A stretch of 64,000 nt of DNA from an uncultured Chloroflexia bacterium (GTDB taxonomy: Bacteria; Chloroflexota; Limnocylindria; Limnocylindrales; CSP1-4): contig CAVSKR010000005.1 of assembly GCA_963728635.1 (NCBI GenBank), positions 264,998 to 328,997 on the forward strand. The letters run 5' to 3'. The notes beneath the pieces were generated by a model. The model made no database searches and was not told the DNA's origin. It saw only the letters and a program-made list of their open reading frames with translations. Numbering within the stretch: the first letter of the stretch is position 1; the number at the start of each line of letters is the position of its first letter. A program made the position numbers and the translations under genes. Of this stretch, positions 57,136 to 64,000 are shown piece by piece.

Positions 57136-57992
57136 CGTCCGCCGCCGCCGCGGGCGCGGGCGGCGTGCTCTACGTGGTCGCCACGCCGATCGGCAACCTG
57201 GCCGACGTGACCCTGCGGGCACTCGACGTGCTGCGCGACGTGCCGTTGATCGCCGCGGAGGACACCCGCCTGACTCGCCGGCTGCTGGACCGCCATGGCA
57301 TCACGGGGCGGACGACCAGCTTCCACGCGCGCAGCCCCGGCACGCGGCTCGACGCCCTGCTCGAGCATCTCGGGGGCGGGCAGGATCTGGCGCTGGTGAC
57401 CGACGCCGGGACGCCCGGCGTGAGCGATCCGGGCGCGGACCTCGTGGCGGCGTGGGCCGCGGCCGGTGGACGGGTCGTGCCGATCCCCGGCGCCTCCGCC
57501 GTCCTGGCAGCCGTCGCGGCGACGGGCATCACCGGCCCGCGATGGGCATTCGAGGGGTTCCTGCCGCGGTCCGGGCGTGACCGGCGCGAGCGACTCGCGG
57601 CGATCGCGGCCGACACGCGCGGCAGCGTGATCTTCGAAGGTCCGGGTCGCGTGACCGCGACGGTCCGCGACCTGGTCGGGGCCTGTGGCGAGGAACGGCC
57701 CGGTGCGGTGGCCCGCGAGCTGACCAAGATGCATGAGCAGATCGTCCGAGGGACGCTCGGCGAGCTGGCGACCGCCCTGTCCGAGGGCTCGATCCCGTCC
57801 CGCGGAGAGTTCGTTCTCGTTGTCGGGATGGGCGAGGCGCGTGAACGTGCGCCCGAGGACGTCGTCGCCACGGCCCTGGCGGCCGTCGAGCGCCTGGTCG
57901 GGGAGGGTGTCGCGCGCGGTGAGGCGGCACGCCGCGTTGCGGCCGAGACCGGCGTCCCGCGACGACGTCTGTATCGACCGGTGGACGTGTAG
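57132..57992 (+). CDS. rsmI: 16S rRNA (cytidine1402-2'-O)-methyltransferase
   Basis: LYVVATPIGNLADVTLRAL...IAAEDTR, tetrapyrrole-methylase fold motifs (VTDAGTPGVSDPG). GTG overlaps the nadE stop. Confidence 0.85.
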   Translation: MTSAAAAGAGGVLYVVATPIGNLADVTLRALDVLRDVPLIAAEDTRLTRRLLDRHGITGRTTSFHARSPGTRLDALLEHLGGGQDLALVTDAGTPGVSDPGADLVAAWAAAGGRVVPIPGASAVLAAVAATGITGPRWAFEGFLPRSGRDRRERLAAIAADTRGSVIFEGPGRVTATVRDLVGACGEERPGAVARELTKMHEQIVRGTLGELATALSEGSIPSRGEFVLVVGMGEARERAPEDVVATALAAVERLVGEGVARGEAARRVAAETGVPRRRLYRPVDV

Positions 57993-58002
57993 ATTCGTCG
58001 CG

Positions 58003-58704
58003 ATGACAGCGGTGTCGGTCAGCGGCCCATCCTCGTCGCGGATCCCGCTCGCATACGTCGTCGCGCTGGTGCCGGTCGCGGCGGCACTCAACGTGGTCGG
58101 CGGCACCATCAACACCGCCCTCGGGCTGCCGACGTTCCTCGACATGATCGGCACCGCGGTGGTTGCGATCCTGCTGGGGCCGTGGTGGGGCGCGCTCGTC
58201 GGCGTCGTCTCGAACATCGGAGGAGCGCTGATCCTCGGCCCCGTCGGGATCCCGTTCGCACTCGTCAATGTCGCCGGGGCCCTCATCTGGGGTTATGGCG
58301 TCCGCTCGTTCGGGATGGGCGCGTCCGCTCCGCGCTTCTTCCTCCTCAACGTCGTGGTCGCGCTCGTGACGTCCGCGGTCGCAGCGCCGATCGTCGTCTT
58401 CGTCTTCGGCGGAGCGACTGGTCACCCATCCGACGCGCTGACCGTGGTCTTCGCCAATGCCGGCCAGGGGCTCTTCACGGCGGTTCTGGCGTCCAACGTG
58501 CTGGTCACGCTGGCCGACAAGACCATCAGCGGGTTCGTGGCCCTGTCGATCATCGAGGCGCTCCCTCCCGAGCTGTCGAGGGACCTGCGCTTGCCGACGC
58601 CGACCAGCATGCGCCCGATCCTGGCTGCCGTCGCCGGCGTCGTCCTCGGCGTCGGGTTCCTGCTCGCCTACCTGCTGCTGGTCAGACCAGCGGCGCCAGC
58701 CTGA
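58003..58704 (+). CDS. Putative ECF transporter substrate-capture (S) component, 233 aa, ~6 TM
   Basis: Polytopic membrane protein directly upstream of EcfA/A'/T. Substrate class not recognisable. Confidence 0.55.
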   Translation: MTAVSVSGPSSSRIPLAYVVALVPVAAALNVVGGTINTALGLPTFLDMIGTAVVAILLGPWWGALVGVVSNIGGALILGPVGIPFALVNVAGALIWGYGVRSFGMGASAPRFFLLNVVVALVTSAVAAPIVVFVFGGATGHPSDALTVVFANAGQGLFTAVLASNVLVTLADKTISGFVALSIIEALPPELSRDLRLPTPTSMRPILAAVAGVVLGVGFLLAYLLLVRPAAPA

Positions 58705-58727
58705 GCCATGGGTAGGACCGCTGAGCC

Positions 58728-58934
58728 ATGAATCGCACTGTCGGACCGCGCGAGAGCCTTGCGGCCACGATCGTGGCCCTGGGCGTGCTGGCGATCGTCG
58801 TCCCGCTCGTCGTCGACAGGATGCCCTCGGTCGCCACGGGGATGAGCCCGGCGTTCATCCTTGCCGGGATGAGCGTTCTCATCGGCATCTTCGTGGTGAT
58901 CGCCGGGATCATGTCCTTCATCGTCAAGGACTGA
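58728..58934 (+). CDS. Small membrane protein (68 aa, 2 TM)
   Basis: Two hydrophobic helices. Lies between the S and A components. Confidence 0.45.
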   Translation: MNRTVGPRESLAATIVALGVLAIVVPLVVDRMPSVATGMSPAFILAGMSVLIGIFVVIAGIMSFIVKD

Positions 58935-58964
58935 CGCGGGGCCTTCGCCCGGCGGCGCTCGCAT

Positions 58965-59807
58965 ATGTCTGACGCGCCCCTCATCTCGCTCGCCGACCTG
59001 ACCGTCACCTTCGCCGGATCCGATCGTCCGGCGCTGCGCGGGATCGACCTCGACGTCGCGCCGGGCGAAAGCGTCGGGATCATCGGCCTCAACGGCGCAG
59101 GCAAGACGACGCTCGGGCTCTGTCTCAACGGCGTCATCCCGCAGCTCGTGCCGGCGACCGTCAGCGGTCGCGCGCGCGTCGGCGGCCGTGACCCGGCCAC
59201 GACGCCCGTTCGCGAGATGGCGCGGACGGTCGGCGTCGTCCTCGACAACCCGGAGTACCAGCTCAGCCAGGTGACTGTCGCGGAGGAGGTCGCATTCGGC
59301 CTCGAGAACCTGGGCGTCGCTCCCGGCGCGATGCCCGCTCGGATCGCCGCGGCACTCGAGGCCGTCGGGCTCGCGGGGCTGGAGGGGCGCTCGCCGTTCG
59401 CGCTGTCGGGTGGGCAGCAGCAGCGTCTTGCGATCGCGTCGGTGATGGTGATGGAGCCGGCGATCCTGGTCATGGACGAGCCGACCTCGCACCTCGACCC
59501 GGTCGCCACCGCTGACGTGTTCGAGATCGTCCGCCGGCTCAACCGTGAGAGTGGGATGACCGTCGTCATCGCGGAGCACGACGTGGAGGCGCTGGCGGCG
59601 CATGTCGACCGGGTGGTCGTGCTCACACAGGGCCGCGTGGCGTTCGAGGGGCCCACCCGGCATGTGCTCGGCCGGGTCGCGGAGCTCGACGAGCTCGGAC
59701 TTCGGTCCCCAGGGGTCACTGAGGTCGCTCACGCCCTCGCCTCAGACGACGCGGATCTCCCGGTGACGATCGAGGAAGCGCTCGTCTGGCTCGAGGCCCG
59801 CGCATGA
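58965..59807 (+). CDS. ecfA: ECF transporter ATPase component (EcfA/CbiO family)
   Basis: Walker A GLNGAGKTT, signature LSGGQQQRLAIA, Walker B LVMDEPTSHLD. Confidence 0.85.
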   Translation: MSDAPLISLADLTVTFAGSDRPALRGIDLDVAPGESVGIIGLNGAGKTTLGLCLNGVIPQLVPATVSGRARVGGRDPATTPVREMARTVGVVLDNPEYQLSQVTVAEEVAFGLENLGVAPGAMPARIAAALEAVGLAGLEGRSPFALSGGQQQRLAIASVMVMEPAILVMDEPTSHLDPVATADVFEIVRRLNRESGMTVVIAEHDVEALAAHVDRVVVLTQGRVAFEGPTRHVLGRVAELDELGLRSPGVTEVAHALASDDADLPVTIEEALVWLEARA

Positions 59808-60632
59808 GCGGGGGCGACGTCGTCATCGCGATCGAGGACGTGGGGTTCACCTACCCCGGCGGCGTCATGGCACTCGACGCTATTTCGGTCGAGATCGGGC
59901 GGGGAACCGGCCTGGGCGTCGTGGGCCAGAACGGGTCGGGCAAGTCGACGCTCGCGAAGCATCTCAACGGCCTGCTGCGCCCCACCGCCGGTCGGGTGGT
60001 CGTCGAGGGCCTCGACACGGCTCGCCATCCTGTGCGAGCGCTGGCCCGACACGTCGGCTACGTGTTCCAGAACCCCGGACACCAGCTGTTCGCGCGGACC
60101 GTGGCCGCGGAGCTCGCCTTCGGCCCGCGCAACCTGGGCGTGGCCGCGGACGAGATCGACGCGCGCATCGCGATCGGTCGCCGAGACCCTCGACCTGGTG
60201 GACGTGCTGACGGTCCATCCGTACCGGTTGCCTCTTCCGATCCGCAAGCTCGTGACGATCGCCTCGGTGCTGACGATGCGTCCGAGCGTGCTCGTGCTCG
60301 ACGAGCCCACGACGGGCCAGGATCACCGGACCAGCCGACGCATCACCGATGTCATCGACCGCGTGCGAGCCGGCGGGACCACGGTCGTCTGCGTGACACA
60401 TGACATGACGCTGCTGGCTGCCATCAGCGACCGTGTCCTGGTGCTCCATGACGGCCGGATCGCCGCGGACGGGTCACCGCGCGCGGTCCTGTCCGACCGG
60501 GCCCTCATGGCGGCGACACGACTGCGGCCACCGCAGGTCACCGAGCTGTCGCTGGCGATGCGCGCGTGGGGCGATCGCCCGGGCGCCCTGTCGGTCGGCG
60601 AGCTCGTCGACGAGATCCGGGGCACCCGATGA
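59804..60632 (+). CDS. ecfA: Second ECF ATPase component (EcfA') with one +1 frameshift near 60180
   Basis: GQNGSGKST Walker A in 59804..60403. Walker B VLVLDEPTTGQD and H-loop VTHDM in 60198..60632. The ...IDARIAI | AETLDLVDVL junction implies a 1-nt insertion. Confidence 0.75.
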
Positions 60633-61522
60633 CGATCGCGATGGGACCGTCGCTGGCCCCGGAGCGTGGGACGTCGTGGCTGCACCGACTCGACCCGCTC
60701 GCGAAGCTCGCCTGGCTGCTCTCCGTGATCGTCGTGGCGTTCGCCACGTATCACCCGATCCCATTGCTCGCGCTGGCAGCGGTCGGGTTCGCGCTGACTC
60801 TGTCGGCCGGGGTCGGCGTTCGGGTCGCGCGGGTCCTGCTGATCTTCGCGCCCGTCACGGCGTCGATCCTCGTCATCCAGAGCCTCGCGCCGGCCGGTTG
60901 CGAGGGCGCCTGCATGCCGGACACGCGGATCGGACCGTTCGACCTGTACCAGGAGGGCACCATCCACGGCATCTCCCTGGTTGGTCGGCTTCTCGCGGTC
61001 GAGACGTTCGCGCTCACCGTCATCACTACGACTCACCCGAGCGACCTGTTCGCGGCGCTCGCCCGACTGAGGGTCCCGTACGTGGCCAACCTGATGCTGT
61101 CGATGACGCTCCAGCTCGTCCCGATCCTGCAGCGGGAGTTCGAGCTCGTGCTGGCGGCGCAGCGAGCACGCGGGATGCGCGGCGCGGGCTTCCGCGCGGT
61201 GCTGCCCTCGTTCGTGCCCGTGTTCGTGGGAGCGTTCGAGCGGGTCCACGGGCTGACGATCGGCCTCGAGTCGCGCGCGTTCGGCACCGGTGAGCGGACG
61301 TCGTATCGGCTGACGCGACCCGGTCCCCGCGACCTCGTGGTGGCGGTCACGGGTCTCGCGGCCGGCGTCGTCGGGACGTGGGTCGGACTCACGACGTGGA
61401 GCGCCGATCACACGCCGGATGTGCTGTTCCCGCCCGAGCTGGTCGGCGCCGTGTTCGTGCTGGCCGGTACCCTGTTCCTCGGCGTGGTGCTGGCCGGCAT
61501 CCGGTCGATGGCGCGCGCGTGA
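60629..61522 (+). CDS. ecfT: ECF transporter transmembrane (T) component (EcfT/CbiQ family)
   Basis: ATGA overlap with ecfA'. WLHRLDPLAKL N-terminus, RAxG-like coupling motifs (ARLRVPY, RARGMRGAG), 5-6 TM helices. Confidence 0.8.
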   Translation: MTIAMGPSLAPERGTSWLHRLDPLAKLAWLLSVIVVAFATYHPIPLLALAAVGFALTLSAGVGVRVARVLLIFAPVTASILVIQSLAPAGCEGACMPDTRIGPFDLYQEGTIHGISLVGRLLAVETFALTVITTTHPSDLFAALARLRVPYVANLMLSMTLQLVPILQREFELVLAAQRARGMRGAGFRAVLPSFVPVFVGAFERVHGLTIGLESRAFGTGERTSYRLTRPGPRDLVVAVTGLAAGVVGTWVGLTTWSADHTPDVLFPPELVGAVFVLAGTLFLGVVLAGIRSMARA

Positions 61523-61532
61523 GGAGGAGGCG

Positions 61533-62792
61533 ATGACGTCGGTCGATGCGTTGCCGCCCGGACCCGTCTTCGACCCGGCCGACCCGACGTTCATGGCCGA
61601 CCCGTACCCTGCGTACGCGCGCATCCGCGAGTCCACGCCCGTATGGCACCCGGCCGGCGACCACCTCTGGTACCTGACCCGTTTTGCCGATGTCCACGCA
61701 GGCTTCCGCGACCGGCGGCTCGGGACGACCTTCCTCCATCGCTACACGCCGGACGAGCTCGGTCTTGCTTCGGACGTGCCGGTCTGGCGCGACCCGCGGT
61801 GGCGGGACTTCCAGGCATTCGAGCGCTGGGAGATGCTCAACCTCGAGCCCCCGCTCCACACGCGGCTGCGCCGGCTCGTTACCGAGGCCTTCACGCCACG
61901 CACGGTCGAAGGTCTGCGGTCTGGGACCGAGGAGCGCGCCCGGTCGTTGCTCGCGCCGGGCCGCGACGCGGGCTCGATCGACATCGTGGGCGACTACGCG
62001 CAGCACTTCTCGCTGGGCATCATCTGCGGGCTGATCGGCGTCCCGGCGAGTGACGAGGCCACGATCCTGCGGTGGTCCGACGAGACGGTCCGCATGTACG
62101 AGCCGGCGCCATCGGAGGCGCAACGCCGGGCATCGAACGAGGCGGCGGGCTCGTTCCGGCGGTACCTGCTCGACCTGGTGGCACACCGGCGCGCTCGCCC
62201 CGCCGACGATCTCCTGTCCGCCCTGTTCGACGCAACGGTCGAGGGGGAGCGCCTGACCGACGACCAGATCGTGTCGACCGCGATGGTGCTGCTGATGGCC
62301 GGCCACGAGGCGGCCGTGAACGCGACGGCCAACGGTGTCGCCGCACTGGCCGCCCACCCGGACCAATGGCGAGCGATCCGCGATGGGCGGGTGACGCCGC
62401 GGGCCGCGATCGAGGAGATCCTGCGCTTCGACCCGCCACTCCAGTGGTTCGAGCGGTGGGTCCTCGACGACGGGTACGAGGTCGAGGGCGTGGCGATCCC
62501 GGTCGGGTCGCGGGTGGCGCTCGTGCTCGCCGCGGCGAACCGCGATCCGCGCCGCCACGCCGATCCCGATCGGTTCGATGTCGGGCGCGTCGACACGACG
62601 CACCTCTCTCTCGGTGGCGGCATCCATTTCTGCATCGGGGCGCCACTCGCTCGGCTCGAGCTCGACACCACGTTGACCGAGCTGGCGCGCACCGAGGACG
62701 AGTTGACCGTCCTGCCGCCGGCCGTTCGCCGTCCGACCTTCCAGTTCCGCGGCTACGACCGCCTGGTCATCGCACTGTCGGGAGGGGCCTGA
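61533..62792 (+). CDS. Cytochrome P450
   Basis: Heme-binding loop HLSLGGGIHFCIGAPLA, ExxR (EEILRF), I-helix AGHEA. GAGGAGGAGG SD. Confidence 0.9.
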   Translation: MTSVDALPPGPVFDPADPTFMADPYPAYARIRESTPVWHPAGDHLWYLTRFADVHAGFRDRRLGTTFLHRYTPDELGLASDVPVWRDPRWRDFQAFERWEMLNLEPPLHTRLRRLVTEAFTPRTVEGLRSGTEERARSLLAPGRDAGSIDIVGDYAQHFSLGIICGLIGVPASDEATILRWSDETVRMYEPAPSEAQRRASNEAAGSFRRYLLDLVAHRRARPADDLLSALFDATVEGERLTDDQIVSTAMVLLMAGHEAAVNATANGVAALAAHPDQWRAIRDGRVTPRAAIEEILRFDPPLQWFERWVLDDGYEVEGVAIPVGSRVALVLAAANRDPRRHADPDRFDVGRVDTTHLSLGGGIHFCIGAPLARLELDTTLTELARTEDELTVLPPAVRRPTFQFRGYDRLVIALSGGA

Positions 62793-62793
62793 G

Positions 62794-63723
62794 GTGGGCA
62801 ACGCGCGGATCGTGGTCGTGGGGAGCACGATGATCGACCTGGTCGCCTATGCCGACCGGCTGCCGGGGGACGGCGAGACCGTCGTCGGGTCGAGCTACGC
62901 GACGGGCTTCGGGGGCAAGGGCGCCAACCAGGCGGTGATGGCCGCGCGCCTCGGTGCCGAGGTCGCGATGGTGAACAGCCTCGGCGAGGACGACCACGGC
63001 ACGTCGTACCTCGGGCAGTTCGCCGCCGAGGGCATCGACACGACGTTCATCCGGCGCGTGCCGGGCTCGTCGGGGGTCGCGCCGATCTGGGTGGACCGCA
63101 AGGGCACGAACCGCATCATCATCGTCCCCGGCGCCAACCTCTCGGTCCGTCCGGAGGTCGCGGCAGCGGCCGTCGAGACGCTCCGACCACAGGTCGTGAT
63201 CGGTCAGTTCGAGATCCCGCAGGCAACGACCGCGGCCGGGTTCGCAGCCGCGCGCATGCTCGGCGCCACGACGGTCCTGAACCCGGCGCCGGCCGCCCCG
63301 GTCGATCCGGGGCTGCTCGGGGTGACGGACTGGCTGGTGCCGAACGAGCCGGAGTTCGAGCTGATCGCCGGCGTGCCCCTCGGCGAGACGGATGAGGATC
63401 GGGCGAGGGTGGTGGCCTCCTTCGCCGACCGGCTCGCCGTCTCGGTCGTCGTCACGCTCGGCGAGCGCGGGGCATTGATCGTGCCACGTGGCGGCGGGCC
63501 ATCGCTGGTGGGGGCGCCGCGCGTCGAGGCGGTCGACACGACCGGGGCAGGCGATGCGTTCGTCGGGGCGTTTGCCGTCGGCCTGGCGCTGGGTCGATCC
63601 GTCGAGGCCGCCGTCCGGCTGGGCTGTGTCGCCGCGGCCGACAGCGTGACCCGGCGCGGGACCCAGGCGTCCTACCCGGACGAGGCTGCGGCTGCCGGCA
63701 TCCTGGCCGCGACCGACACGTAG
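62794..63723 (+). CDS. rbsK: Ribokinase / PfkB-family carbohydrate kinase
   Basis: GGKGANQAV, NEPE, DTTGAGDAFVGAF anion-hole motif. Confidence 0.82.
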   Translation: MGNARIVVVGSTMIDLVAYADRLPGDGETVVGSSYATGFGGKGANQAVMAARLGAEVAMVNSLGEDDHGTSYLGQFAAEGIDTTFIRRVPGSSGVAPIWVDRKGTNRIIIVPGANLSVRPEVAAAAVETLRPQVVIGQFEIPQATTAAGFAAARMLGATTVLNPAPAAPVDPGLLGVTDWLVPNEPEFELIAGVPLGETDEDRARVVASFADRLAVSVVVTLGERGALIVPRGGGPSLVGAPRVEAVDTTGAGDAFVGAFAVGLALGRSVEAAVRLGCVAAADSVTRRGTQASYPDEAAAAGILAATDT

Positions 63724-63791
63724 GATTGGGCGCATGACCGCAGCGACGGCGCGGGAGGGGAGACGCGCCGTCGCTGCGACCTGGGAGGATC

Positions 63792-64000
63792 CGGTCAGGC
63801 GGCCGCGCCCTCGGCCTCGGTCTCGGTCTCGTCCTCGTCACCGTCGGCGTCGATCGCCTCGGCCGACTCCGGGATCGGGTCCGTCGGTGGCGCGTCGCCG
63901 AGCCGTTCGGCCTGGGCCACGAGGGACTCGGCGGCCTGCTGCGCCTCGTAGTCCTTCTTCCGGCGGCCCGACAGCATCTCGACGTGCGAGGCGACGACCT
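63792..64000 (-). CDS. 3' end (C-terminal ~69 aa) of an unidentified gene, with an acidic Asp/Glu-rich tail
   Basis: Minus-strand frame open from the window edge to a TGA near 63792. ...EMLSGRRKKDYEAQQAAESLVAQAERLGD...DADGDEDETETEAEGAAA*. Confidence 0.4.

Noticed and set aside
63795-63977. 60-aa ORF at the right edge listed in the ORF track
   Set aside because: It is not independent. It is the 3' end of a longer minus-strand gene entering from beyond the window (frame open to position 64000), annotated as a partial CDS instead.
1-64000. Search for CRISPR arrays, IS elements, integrases, toxin-antitoxin pairs and prophage remnants
   Set aside because: No repeat-spacer periodicity, no transposase/integrase-like ORFs and no abrupt GC shifts. 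The window looks like core chromosome.

Overview
High-GC (~70%) bacterial chromosomal segment with an actinobacterial/Chloroflexi-like character. It is dense core genome. I saw no transposase, integrase, CRISPR array or rRNA. Gene order, left to right:
- sucC, 5' part on the minus strand, and an LLM-family oxidoreductase
- an ECF sigma factor translationally coupled to a membrane anti-sigma-like protein with a beta-propeller ectodomain
- a TCA block: NAD-type isocitrate dehydrogenase, then a succinate dehydrogenase membrane anchor, sdhA and sdhB (Sdh1-like)
- rnhA, coupled to a membrane protein of unknown function, then RNase P RNA (rnpB, type A)
- a LysM membrane protein
- a long dcw cluster: mraZ-rsmH-small ORF-ftsL-ftsI-murF-mraY-murD-ftsW-murG-murB-ddl-ftsQ-sbp(DUF1290)-ftsA-yjbQ-ftsZ-yggS-yggT-DUF167, ending in tRNA-Val(CAC)
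- on the minus strand, an MFS transporter and aconitase
- a DUF2520-like Rossmann protein, a NUDIX hydrolase and the glycine cleavage genes gcvT-gcvH-gcvPA-gcvPB
- two tandem family-5 peptide/nickel ABC transporter loci, the first with a badly frameshifted substrate-binding protein and permease, plus a third convergent substrate-binding protein
- a split glutamine-dependent NAD synthetase (nitrilase subunit + NadE), then rsmI
- an ECF-type (energy-coupling factor) transporter module (S, small TM protein, A, A', T), a cytochrome P450, ribokinase and a partial minus-strand CDS at the right edge.

Notable points:
- the dcw cluster has an unusual make-up: no murE, murC or sepF, and it carries extra genes
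- there is a textbook MraZ operator (3x AAGTGG on a 10-bp phase) just downstream of the mra promoter
- several single-nucleotide indels interrupt otherwise intact genes: gcvPA, SBP, oppB, oppF, SBP2 and ecfA2.

Coordinates of non-ORF features are read by eye and may be off by 1-2 nt.
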